Below are positions 10,590-22,304 of a DNA stretch of 40,465 nt, piece by piece. Made by a program: the position numbers and the translations under genes. The DNA is taken from positions 24,056,128 through 24,096,592 of the forward strand of contig NC_068998.1 of NCBI RefSeq assembly GCF_001194135.2, in the 5' to 3' direction. The notes under the pieces are model-generated. The model did not search any database. It saw only the letters and a list, made by a program, of their open reading frames with translations, and was not told the DNA's origin. Origin of the DNA: Octopus bimaculoides. Its lineage: Eukaryota. Positions within the stretch are counted from its first letter, which is position 1, and every line of letters begins with the position of its first letter.

Positions 10590-11200
10590 ATATCTCCTCT
10601 CTTTCCTTCCGATGTGCTGACTGTGGAACCTGACGCTGTGTAAGTAGAAAATACTATTTTCGAAAGAAAATTTTAAAAATTTCAGAACATTGTTAGGTGA
10701 TTGCTCGAAATTGACATAACGCGAATACAAAAGGTGACATGACAATGTAGCAAGAATGATCCTTTGGGAGCTCTGTGGAAACTGTGCCCTACAAAAGCAA
10801 AGATGTTGTATGACCAAATCCCAGAAGTTATTAAGAATGAAGGGTGCACATCCCTGTGGAATGCAATGGCTCAATGTGACTATCAGATCAGACATCGGAA
10901 ACCTGATATTGTTGTGGTCAGCAAAATGGAAAGAAACATGCCTGATAATCGACATGCCACATCTGGTGACAACAAGATTGAGAGGAAAGAAGAAGAAAAA
11001 GTGAGCAACAATGACGAATTGAAGTGGGAAATACACATGTTGTTGGCAATTAAGAGAGTGAATGTAATAACAATAATAATCGACGCACTTGGAAGTATCA
11101 GCACTTTCTGGACGTTTCAAGCACAAGGTCTTGCTTGACCACTACTTATGCACATTAGGATTGCGAAGAAATAAATCCCTCGGATTATTACTTGTTCTAA
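10590..11200 (+). mobile_element. R4/Dong-clade LINE C-terminus (CCHC knuckle plus restriction-like endonuclease)
   Basis: With frameshifts: LLGDCSKLT*REYKR*HDNVARMILWELCG, IPEVIKNEGCTSLW, QIRHRKPDIVVVSKMER-TCLIID, GDNKIERKEEEK...DELKWEI, IIIDALGSI (PD..D RLE motif). Confidence 0.85.
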
Positions 11201-11802
11201 TCCATGGCTCACTTCCTGCGCTCGCGACTTTTCAACAACCAAGAGTAGGTAGAAACTTCAGCGAAGGAGTTCTTTGCCTGGCAGAAAGGTAACTTCAGAA
11301 AATGCAACACGATGGACTCTACTTTGAATGCTAGGCTGCTTTTGTTGTAACTTTAGGAATAAATCAAATATTTTTTTTTTAAATTGCAAAAACTTTTGAC
11401 TCAATACATTAGAATAAAGACACACTGCTGACATAGCAAATTGCTTTAACAAAACATTCGGGATACATTTAGACAGCACCGTAAATATTTGACATTTAAA
11501 ATGAGAATAACATCTAACTATCTCTAGAGGAAATATTTGAAGAAGAAATGAAAAAATTTCGAAACATGTGTATGGTTTGAAATACCATCCTAATAATAAA
11601 ACTGAATTGTTTTTTTGAGACTGCAGAATTTAATTTGAAGAATAATTCAGAGATCTTTCTGACTGATGTCTGACAAAAAGACACGCTATTTTTTTTTTTT
11701 TTGGTTCAACAATAAACTGCATACATTTTATTAAACATTAAAAATATACGACAGTCACAAGACCGTCATAAAAAGAAGAAATAAAATACAAGTAACCAAA
11801 GT

Positions 11803-11936
11803 TTATTTCTTCACATAACGTTGGCAAATTATTTCACGGCATGGAATTAATGCAAATAAAATTACGGCAATCAATGTGTAGGCTCCACCTCCGCAGAAAA
11901 CCATTAAGAAAGATCTTTTGGTGTAGTAAATCATTC
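11803..11936 (-). CDS. SLC16/MCT-like gene, terminal exon (TM12 and stop)
   Basis: aatttcag|GA ATG ATT TAC...; (G)GMIYYTKRSFLMVFCGGGAYTLIAVILFALIPCREIICQRYVKK*; open, phase 1. Confidence 0.6.
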
Positions 11937-12069
11937 CTGAAATTAAAAATTACTCTTATTAAATCGTTCTCGACAGTAAAATAAATATTCCAGTATTATT
12001 TGTCAAATGCTCATTTTTTTCCAAAGACGAAAAAAAAGAAGAATGATACGAATTTGTTCTGAAGACGGT

Positions 12070-12655
12070 TATTGAGCTAGAAACACCTGTTCACGGCTGT
12101 CCATTTATCTCCAGACAATAAGCCTGTCCTTTTCCTTCATGTCACGTTAGTTTGGATGAGATGTTTATTATTGAGATTAAATCGCTTCCTCAAGTGGAAC
12201 AGATCATAATCACCATTTGATAATTATGATATATCCTGTCTACTGACAGTTAGTTTTAATAAATCAAGAATTTATCGTGTACAGTATTTGATATTTGATA
12301 TCCCTGTATTTAACTCATTTTTGTTTAAATTATACAAATTACCCGGGCCATAACTGTTGATTTTTTAGAAGTCAAAGTCTCTAAGCTACTGGAAAAATGC
12401 TGTGCTGATAATGGCTATTGTGTCAAAAACACATGTCCACGACTCTCCACTTATCTCCAGACAATAAACTGCTTATTTTCCTTAATGGGGTGTCAGTTTG
12501 GGCGAGATCTTGATTCTTGGGATTATCTCCCCTTTTCAAGTAGACTTGGTCTTAATTACCATTTGATGATTATGATACCGCAACCCGTCGGCGGAGATAA
12601 TTTTGATAAATCAAGAATTTATATTGTATAGCATTTGACTTATTTTATAATCGAA
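12070..12655. repeat. Diverged tandem duplication, period about 347 bp
   Basis: ttatctccagacaataa at 12105 and 12451; ataaatcaagaattta at 12259 and 12606; accatttgat in both units. Confidence 0.8.
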
Positions 12656-12702
12656 TTCAAATAAAATTCTGTTTGATTTCTCACCTGAAATTACATTATA
12701 TT

Positions 12703-12900
12703 ACATTTGCTTGATAAAACAATCTCTACATAGCTCTATTGTCTGACATAAAATATCAATGGAAAACTCTAGGGTTAATAAGAAAAAGAAATCATAACGC
12801 GCGCATGCGCGTGTGTGCATGCGTGCGTGCGTGTGTGCATATAAACGTTAAAAATAATTCCGGAAACTTATCAATTGCAAGCCCAAAGACACACAAAAAC
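12703..12900 (-). pseudogene. Duplicated SLC16 exon 3' end plus intron (copy of 14462-14655) with dead donor
   Basis: VFLCVFGLAI G|ataagtttcc versus VVCIFGLAI G|gtaagtttcc; the intronic flank is highly similar (gacataaaatatca..gaaaactctagggttaataagaaaaagaaa). Confidence 0.75.
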
Positions 12901-12985
12901 ACACGCGCGCATACACTCACATACATACATACATACATACATGCATACATGTGTGTGTGTATGTGTGTGTGTCTATGTGTGTGTT

Positions 12986-13030
<45 letters not shown>

Positions 13031-13033
<3 letters not shown>

Positions 13034-13190
13034 ACAGGCTTCTTTCAGTTTTCGTCTACCACATCTACTCATAGGCTTTGATCAGCCCAAGGATATAGTG
13101 GAAGACACTTGTCCAATATGCCACAGAGTAAGATAACATGAAACCATATGGTCTGGAAGCAAACTTCCTACTACACAGTCACGCCTGCGC
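13031..13190 (-). mobile_element. SINE family B 5' half
   Basis: Reverse complement reads gtgactgtgtagtaggaagtttgcttcc-aaccatatgg...ttggacaagtgtcttccactatatcc...ggtagacgaaaactgaaagaagcc. Confidence 0.8.
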
Positions 13191-13236
13191 CTATGTATAA
13201 TTATTCCAGAAGCTTATCATTTGCAAGTCTTGGTAA

Positions 13237-13650
13237 AGACGTGGCAGTTTGGCAAAAATCTTGCTACCCAACCACATGGTTCTAGGATCGGTCTCACTGC
13301 GTGGTGTATTGGGCAAATGTCTTCTACTGTAGCCCGAGGCCGAACAAGGCGTTGAGGATGTATGTGGTAAGCAGAAACTGAAAAAAAAAACCGTCGTATA
13401 TGTATGTGTGTATAGCTATGTGCTTGTCTTTGCTCATGTGTTTGTTCCCACCACAACTTGAAAACTAGTGTTGGTGTGTTTACGTCCACATGACCATAGC
13501 GGTTCGGCAAGAGAGATCGACACAATAAGTAGTAGGCTTTAAATTAATGCATACTGTGGTCGATTCATTCGGATTAAAATATTTCAAGGTGGTGCTCCAG
13601 CACAGCCGCGATCTAATGACTGAAACAAGTAAAAGTAACGTAAAAGAAAG
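13237..13650 (+). mobile_element. SINE family B, near full length
   Basis: tRNA-like head, ttgggcaaatgtcttctactgtagcc (CORE-like), central GT repeat, tail ggtgctccagcacagccg...tgactgaaacaagtaaaag. Confidence 0.85.
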
Positions 13651-14626
13651 ATATATACATATATGTACATAAGCATACTCACATATATGCATGCGTGAGT
13701 GCGTGTATCAGAAGCAAAAATAGAAAATGTTTTGATAATGTTATCGTGAAGAAAAGGGAGAAAATATTTACATTTCTATAAGTACATGCTACCATATTCA
13801 AATACTTAAGGTAATTTTGTCTTGGGAAATAAATTGAGTCAAATTAAGTTTTATCTTTCATGATAACAATTTGAAAGTTAATGTTATTCGAACAAAATGT
13901 TAGTAGATGTTGATCTCCTTCTGTAGCTGCTGAATCATTTTGGTAACAGTAACAGATTTAGAACAGACAGTTGTCTATTGTTCCTTACTGTCAATGTTGA
14001 TATAAATGAATGGTTTGCAATCGCGGGGAGTCGAATAGTGCTGGTAGCTGTAGTTCTAGTAGCAAAAATGGTGTCTGTATCAGCCTCAATTTTTAAAGTT
14101 ATACTAAAAGCAGTGGTAGCTAAGGCAGAATATGCGCATACCACACACACACAGATGTTTATATATTGTATATAGATATGTACATATGCATACATTGACA
14201 CACAGGAAACTTATACAAGCTCATACATTTACGTATATCATCTAAAACCCAAACGAAGTTAAAGTATATCTCAAATAATAATCACCATCATCATTATTAT
14301 CACTATGTCATTTCAATGATATTTGGTGAGCAATCAAGATTTACATATAGTATTTCGTAATGGAAACGAATTCAGCAGAAACAATTGTAAATTGATGTTT
14401 TCCCATTCCATTCTTCTTATTCGTAATTTTTTAAAGACTACGGATATTTGTCGATTTTCGGACATTTGCTTGATTATAACAATCTCTACATTGCTGTATT
14501 GTCTGACATAAAATATCAGTAGAAAACTCTAGGGTTAATAAGAAAAAGAAACCATAACGCGGGGTGGGGTGAATGCATGCGTGCGTGTGTGTGCGTACAA
14601 ACATTAAAAATAATCCGGAAACTTAC

Positions 14627-14899
14627 CGATTGCAAGTCCAAATATACAAACCACAGGAGTAATGGTTTCGAATTTACGACAGTGTGGCATCAATATGGCA
14701 GTAACAGAGTGTGTCAACAAAGAGATGATGTACAACTTGTTGCTGCTGAAATGAAGCTGATCGGCAAACACACCAAGAAGAAAAGTACCGATTGTCATGA
14801 ACAATCCCATCAGCAGCATCAAGATTGCAGATTTCTCTTCGCTCATTCCAAACTACCAAACACACAGAGGTGGTATATAGGTGAACATTGTATTAACAA
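14627..14899 (-). pseudogene. SLC16/MCT-like exon (TM7b-TM10a) with in-frame TAG at 14853-14855
   Basis: attgtag| ... |gtaagt, 273 bp, phase 1-1. Reads VNTMFTYIPPLCVW*FGMSEEKSAILMLLMGLFMTIGTFLLGVFADQLHFSSNKLYIISLLTHSVTAILMPHCRKFETITPVVCIFGLAIG. Confidence 0.85.
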
Positions 14900-15257
14900 C
14901 TACAATATGGTAAAGAAATTTTATAAATACATACACANNNNNNNNNNNNNNNNNNNNNNNNNNNNNNNNNNNNNNNNNNNNNNNNNNNNNNNNNNNNNNN
15001 NNNNNNNNNNNNNNNNNNNNNNNNNNNNNNNNNNNNNNNNNNNNNNNNNNNNNNNNNNNNNNNNNNNNNNNNNNNNNNNNNNNNNNNNNNNNNNNNNNNN
15101 NNNNNNNNNNNNNNNNNNNNNNNNNNNNATATATATATATATATAGTGTGTGTGTGCGTGTATGTGTCTATGTGTCTAAAAATTACACTTACAGTTGCAA
15201 AAATTCAGAAATAGATGAAAACTAAATATAACTCAGCACAGTTTATGGGCAAACAAA

Positions 15258-16142
15258 TACGAGGTCTGATCAATAAGTATGAGGACTGTTACCATAGTAA
15301 TGAAGTTAAAGCACACAGAGTAAAGCAGCTAGGCAAAATTGACTTTGACCTCTGCTGTGCATGCGCACTAAGTTTCAACACTCTACCTCACTTTCGCAGT
15401 TTACAGCAATACTTCGAAGGGAGATGTGTAGCGTGTGATCATCGCATTAAACATGACAGGGTAAGTTGTCATGGCAATACCTGCTCAGAGGCTTACACAA
15501 AGTTGCAGGGAATATATGGAGAGAAATGTATGATAGGCACACAAGTATACGAGTGGTTTAGACATTTCCATGATTGCCGAAAATTGTCGATATTGACGAA
15601 CGTTCTAGGGGACCTGCAACCAGCAGGGCTGGGAAAATCATTGCAGATGTGCGTGCACCTGTGAGGGGAAATCGTCGAATCACCATTCATGAGTTATCAG
15701 AGGATGTGCAGATTAGTTACGGTTCAGTTCAGTCCATTATCACTGAAGATTTGGGTATCTGACACGTGTCTGGCAAGTTTGTGCCAGAGCTTCTTTAGTT
15801 GACCAAAAAGACATTCGGGTTTTAACTGTACATGATTTCCTCGATTGTTTCGCGAACGATGAAAACTTTTTGAAAACTTTGCGTAGTCCTCTGAGCAGGT
15901 ATCGCCAAGCTTTTGACAAAATTTGATGCAGATTCTCTGCTGAACTTTCTTTCTCGTAGTCAATGCGATGACCACACGCTACACACCTTCCTTCCAGGCG
16001 CTGCCTTAAACAACGGAAGTGAGCTAGAACGTTAAAACTTAATGCGTATGCACAGCAGAGATTAAGCTAAGCAGCTTTACTCTGCTTGCTTTAGCTGCGG
16101 TAGTATGGCCATAGTCTTGATACTTATTAATCAGACCACGCA
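15258..16142. mobile_element. Mariner derivative built from two inverted 5' ends
   Basis: TIRs tacgaggtctgatcaataagtatgaggactg / atagtcttgatacttattaatcagaccacgca. The plus arm encodes N-terminal HTH (TQVYEWF...DERS...ITIHELSEDVQISYGSVQSIITEDLG). The minus arm encodes QQRICIKFCQKLGDTCSE. Confidence 0.85.
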
Positions 16143-16953
16143 AAGTTTTATTAGAAAGTTCAGAACATCTGCACATGAGCTAACAGATTGCATACAGCAC
16201 ATCGAGACAATACAATCCAATAAATTGTGGGAGTTGTAAAGATAATTATAAATATTACAAGGATGTGACAAAAGTAAAGCTACTAAACTGGTTAGCTACG
16301 TATGGGGTTTGAAGTGGAACGTCACATCACATACGATAAAGTGGAAAATAGTCGAAAATTTCGCCCCATATGTTAACACATCGAAAAATGTAAGTTATGC
16401 GTAGCTGAAAGAACTCAAACTCTTTTCAGATCTAAGAACTCTAACACGCTTCTGTGACGAAATGGAAAGAATCACCCTCACCAGATTTAATCGATGTACC
16501 CCAGACTCTCTTTTTTTTTTCAGCCGTATATTTTACGGTCTGAGAGAAAATAATTCTAATTCCCTTGTTTTGCTTCTTTCTGTTCTCTTTTTTGTCTTCC
16601 GGTTTCTAAAACTTCCACCTTTTGTATCTACTTCTTTCTCGCCTTCTTTCGCTTTTTCTCTCATCCTGTTGTCCCATTTTTAGTTTGCTATGTCATCCGG
16701 GCAGTGCCTAACGGTTGTACTAGGACACCAGACGTGTTAAAAATACTGGCTGGCATGCTGTCCATACATGAAACCAATAGTAGCACATAAAAACATATAT
16801 TGAGCTTATTAAATAATATATATATATAAAGTGAAGAATTTCGTGTTTGGTGTTAGAATGCTACATGAAGGGGAATGGCTTATATTTTGGACGAAGTATT
16901 TTTGCTTATAACGTTTTTTAACAGTTAGTACTTTTCATAACGAATAGATATAA

Positions 16954-16999
16954 TAGTAGTGGTAGTAGTAGTAGTAGCAGCAGCAGAAGCAGCAGCAGC

Positions 17000-17043
<44 letters not shown>

Positions 17044-17044
17044 C

Positions 17045-17092
<48 letters not shown>

Positions 17093-17116
17093 TGTTGTTG
17101 TTGTAGTAGTAGTAGT
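16954..17116. repeat. (TAG)n microsatellite with CAG/TTG interruptions
   Basis: Direct reading; it abuts an SLC16 splice donor. Confidence 0.95.
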
Positions 17117-17119
17117 CAC

Positions 17120-17288
17120 ATGTCCACAAAATGTAGGCCATCATCATTAATAAAAAGTTAATATTTCTGAAAAGCACAACCCCAGGCATGCTTGAACATC
17201 CTTTCTTAAATGAGCTTCTCTCATCTTTCTGGGCCTTTGTGATGTACTTATCATTGGTGCTACTACTGGCTGCTAGAGAAAGACTGTT
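17120..17288 (-). CDS. SLC16/MCT-like exon (end of central loop plus TM7a)
   Basis: ttttag|AAC AGT ... TGG ACA T|gtgact, 169 bp, phase 0-1, open. Reads NSLSLAASSSTNDKYITKAQKDERSSFKKGCSSMPGVVLFRNINFLLMMMAYILWT and joins in frame to the 14899 exon (T+TT = Phe). Confidence 0.75.
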
Positions 17289-18522
17289 CTAAAATTAAAG
17301 GAAGAGGTTATAGATTAACATTTAAACATTTTCTGACGTCTTCTCCATTTTGCATTATAATATATATATATAAATTTTCTTAGAATTTCAAGTGAATCTA
17401 CACATAGTTCTGGAATTGATATAGTATACAACTTGGCTGATATGCACGGTTTAACTTTTGTTGTCATTTGGCTTTATTTCTATTTCATATGCATATCTCA
17501 TAGTTCTGAAATCCTTAAATATATTAAGCTGCAATTTAATATATTTGGAAAAGCTTACAAACCACTGTCTCTAGCTATTGTGAATTTGTTAATATTTAAA
17601 TATGTTCCAAAGACAAATAAATATTTTGGGAAACTTAATTTTCTTCCTGTGGTAAAGTTATTATCAATGCAGCACCACTTTTCTTATAATTTATCCTCGC
17701 CTCGCGTTCGATTGAAGGCCACCAGAGAGTAACTAGGAAAGTATACAGTAGTCCACCCCGAACTCCACTGCTGGATTGGTGTTTTTTGTTTACAAAACGC
17801 CATTGTGGACCCTATCGCAGCCTTTCTGAAGTGAATGTAGCTGCCATCTTTGCTGAGGCCTTTCTGAAAGGTATGTGAGCGTTTATAATTTCTGTGGTTC
17901 TATTTTCGATTTATACATATATGTCTATGTTCAAACTTGTATGTCAATATATATTAGCTTCTATAATGATATTTATGTTCCAAATATTTCATTATGTCTG
18001 AATAAGGTACGTAATGTCATAGCTGTGTCGCTAACTGGTAATATAAGTGTCTATATTGACCATCGCACATATTAATGTATGTGTACTTATATTAATATGT
18101 GCGTTTATATTGATCCATATGTTTGTCTATATAAATATATGCGTGTGTGATTATATTCACATTTATGGTACTTATGTGTCTATCTATGTGTTTAACAAAT
18201 ACGAAAATATGTTGTAACTCAACGTATTCTGTCGGTCATTGCATATGCGAAATGTTTCCTTCAGTCTTTCTGTTTGATTAGTAATTTCCTTACTTTTAGA
18301 TTGTGATACTGAATGTGGAGCTTTCATTGCAGTGCTGTCTATTGTTAAATATATACAAGGATTCATTTTAACCCGATTTAACTGATAAACACTTACACAT
18401 AAGCATTCAACAATGACAGACTTTCATGTATGCACAACATATACGTGGAAATTATATGTGTGTGTGTGTGTGTGATGTGGTGTGGTGTGTGTGTGTGTGT
18501 GTATGTATGATGTGGAGTTGTT

Positions 18523-18568
<46 letters not shown>

Positions 18569-19258
18569 GATAAATTCTTTATAAGAATTTATCAAGTAGT
18601 CAGCGTGAAAAAACCTCATAATGAAAAAATAACGAAAAATGTTCGTAATGAGAAAATTCATCGTTTCTTCATAGATATATTTAATGATATATCTTATTTA
18701 GNNNNNNNNNNNNNNNNNNNNNNNNNNNNNNNNNNNNNNNNNNNNNNNNNNNNNNNNNNNNNNNNNNNNNNNNNNNNNNNNNNNNNNNNNNNNNNNNNNN
18801 NNNNNNNNNNNNNNNNNNNNNNNNNNNNNNNNNNNNNNNNNNNNNNNNNNNNNNNNNNNNNNNNNNNNNNNNNNNNNNNNNNNNNNNNNNNNNNNNNNNN
18901 NNNNNNNNNNNNNNNNNNNNNNNNNNNNNNNNNNNNNNNNNNNNNNNNNNNNNNNNNNNNNNNNNNNNNNNNNNNNNNNNNNNNNNNNNNNNNNNNNNNN
19001 NNNNNNNNNNNNNNNNNNNNNNNNNNNNNNNNNNNNNNNNNNNNNNNNNNNNNNNNNNNNNNNNNNNNNNNNNNNNNNNNNNNNNNNNNNNNNNNNNNNN
19101 NNNNNNNNNNNNNNNNNNNNNNNNNNNNNNNNNNNNNNNNNNNNNNNNNNNNNNNNNNNNNNNNNNNNNNNNNNNNNNNNNNNNNNNNNNNNNNNNNNNN
19201 NNNNNNNNNNNNNNNNNNNNNNNNNNNNNNNNNNNNNNNNNNNNNNNNNNNNNNNNNN

Positions 19259-19293
<35 letters not shown>

Positions 19294-19399
19294 GAGTAAA
19301 AATAATTAAATCATTTTATTTTTATTTATATATTAATTCATAATAGAATATAAGGATAAAAATCACGTTAATGTTTGGAGTTGTGTCCCTTACGCTGTA

Positions 19400-20400
19400 A
19401 GGCCTGTAACACTTATCTTGAAGTGTTTGTGGAGAAAGTGTCTGTTATTAAGTATTGTGCTCTTGTGAGGATGGATTGTGTGATATGTGTAGTGGTGTCA
19501 CATGCATAATCTTTTCCATAAGTGTAGGTATATGTAATTAGTTGTGTTCGTTAATCTGTTTTCTTTCCGTATTGGTTAAGTTCGCGGGAGTTTTCTGTTA
19601 GCGTGTGGTGTGTAATGTGTGTGTGTGGGGGGTATAATTTATTAGTGCGGTGGAAGTGCTTATCAACTAAACTAAGGACGCTCTAAGCTACTCTGGTCTT
19701 AAAGTTTAAATAGAAGGCCGGCGTGAACCACAACAATTTCCGGTGGCACTTTCTTTTGTGGGGTCTAGGGTCTGGCATATAACGAATGCTATCTTTGAAA
19801 GCACTGGCTACCAGAGCCCAGTTGTGTTACGGGACGGCGGAATCAAAGATATCTTTGCTTGAAGATAAGCTGGAGATCATCCTGTTGAAGCCCTTAATCA
19901 GATTAATGAACATTATGGCTGAATGGCAAGCACCTGCGTTAATGTCTGATAGCTTCTCATTTGGTTTTCTAAATGGCCTATAGGCACTAGATTCCAGTTC
20001 CAGCGTCACGTCAAGGAAACTACTGTTTTCAGGTTGGTCTTTATTGTGACCTTCAGTCTAAGGGAGTTCATGGTATGTGTGGAGACCTTTCTGAGTCTGT
20101 CTAGCGTGTGGCCGTTAGTTCCTTTTCATATTGTCAGGGTGTCATTTCTGTAGAGGCCAAAGCTAGTTGAAGGGACTTAAATGCAGGACGTTTACGCCCA
20201 AGATCTAGGAATTAAAGTCCTTCGCGAATGATCTGCTGAACATATCTGCCTGAAAATCAATTAGTCCTCAAACCCTTTCCGTCGTAAACTTAAAACAGAC
20301 ACCCTGAGGCTTATATCTTCTGATAGAACCATTCTCTTCTCTGATGAAACTATAAGCTATTCTTTTTACCAATGCCGATGGGGGTCTTTATGTTGTGGAA
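19400..20400 (-). mobile_element. Penelope-like element RT/thumb relic
   Basis: GLYRND (degenerate YxDD), LKVTIKTNLKTVVFLDVTLELESSAYRPFRKPNEKL...ISSLSSSKDIFDSAVP, and WFTPAF...VDKHF. Confidence 0.8.
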
Positions 20401-20644
20401 GATATCGAGAGCCAAGATTCCCAATGCGATACTAGATTTTATAGAGACTGGGGGCAACATATATATTACTGTGTACTACCCATAGTACAGAAAATAGGTG
20501 CAATGTGTTTGACAAGCATGCTTTCATTACATAATATTCAATGCACAGATTTGTGGAAAAGGCGAAGCGTGAACTAATTGCAAATGAGTAATTATCGAGG
20601 AAGTGATTAACTGTATTGATGCCCCACCAGCAAAAAGACATTAC

Positions 20645-20772
20645 GAATTACTAAATATTATCGTAACTGGATATCCTGTCATTAATGTTGAAAATGGTTA
20701 ATTATCCGCCACGCTTAGCTCTTAACTTTTGAAACTGGGAGAAATGTTCAGAGTTCTCATGTTGTTCTTTAA
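20645..20772 (-). pseudogene. Candidate SLC16 central-loop exon (three stops)
   Basis: aaattttag| ... |gtaatg, 128 bp, phase 1-0, which matches the phases of the flanking exons. Hydrophilic KEQHENSEHFSQFQKLRAKRGG*. There is no conserved motif, so support is weak. Confidence 0.25.
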
Positions 20773-20972
20773 CTAAAATTTATGAAGGTAATTATAGTTT
20801 TGTTTCATTATATAAAGAATTATATAGTTAAAATAATTCAATAGTTATAATCATTTTACAGAATGATATTTGTTTCATTTATTTCTGAAAATTTATTTGA
20901 TCTACTGACTAGTTCAGTCTTCTACACACTTTATTCTGACATCGCCATTGATCAGTCTGAAACAGTTTCCTC

Positions 20973-20975
<3 letters not shown>

Positions 20976-21039
<64 letters not shown>

Positions 21040-21110
21040 CTCTCTCGCTCTCTCTCGCTCTCTCTCTCTCTCTCCTTCTCTCTTTCTCTCTTTCTCCCTC
21101 CCTCTCAGTT
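20976..21110. repeat. (CT)n microsatellite
   Basis: Direct reading. Confidence 0.95.
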
Positions 21111-21749
21111 TTCCCGCACGTTCACTTACACCTGTTCGGACGTATGGAGACAATCGGCAGTACTTTTAACGTTAACGAATGAAATATGCACATAATTATC
21201 ACACATGTACTTTTACTAACTTCACACAAACGCACGCATGCACGTTTTGTGAATGAATTTCATTACCTTAGAGGTAGTCTCACGCCGACACTGAATAGAA
21301 AAGCAAGATTTATGGATACTAGCGGGACCGGTGAATATTTCACGGAATTAATAGTAAACCTATTGGGTTATTCCTGAAAATTTTATCTAAAAAGCGTATT
21401 AGCGTAGCCTGTGTTGTGTATATATCAAAAGATAGTCGCTTATTTACTATTCATTGACAAGTGATGGGAACTGGAATACGATGATTACTTAACGCACTTG
21501 ATATATATTTTATGCACAATTTTATAGACTTGATACACAGCACTTTTAAAATAAATATTCACTCTTATTTTTTCATTTTACCTATAAAAAGAAAAATTAC
21601 TTTTTTAAGATTTACATGGTGACAATTTCATATCTCGAAGACAAAAACTTTATAGTAAGAAAGTTATTTTATATGTAAAATATAGGGGTCACAATTTCAC
21701 GGGGGTAAAAATTTAGTGCCACATGCCATTCTCTGCAAACTACATCGCT

Positions 21750-22240
21750 GGTAGCTTACAAGCCAAGGCGATGGGTCAGAGTCAATACACATTTCAGTTT
21801 GCGTATATCTTTCAATCTAATACATCTTTGCAGGTTTTGTTCTTCGTGTAAGTTCTCTCTCTCCTTTTCCCTTGTTTGTCAATGTTGATATCGTTAACTC
21901 TCACATCAGGTAATTTTAGAGCCGTTGAGAATGCAACACATAGCTGACCATGGCCGAATAGAGATTCAGGCAAGAAAAGCCCCCACATTATCCAATGTCT
22001 GCCCTTGTGGTTTATTGACAATCATTGTATATGACAGGCGACCGGGAAGCTGGTTTCTTTCTAATGTTAATGGCAAGTTTCGGATGCGCATGCTTTAAGT
22101 GATAGGTGATATAAACAACTTTGTTCAGTCAAAAAGAAATACTTTTCCCTATGCACACAGCCACCTCATCCACCACTTCCACCACCACCACCACTATTAT
22201 CACCTCTCTCTCTCTCTCTCCCTCACTCTCTCTCTTTCTT

Positions 22241-22304
<64 letters not shown>

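Noticed and set aside
17830-17880. GCCATCTT (YY1-like) motif and a plus-strand aag|gtatgt donor
   Set aside because: Short motifs without an exon or promoter context.
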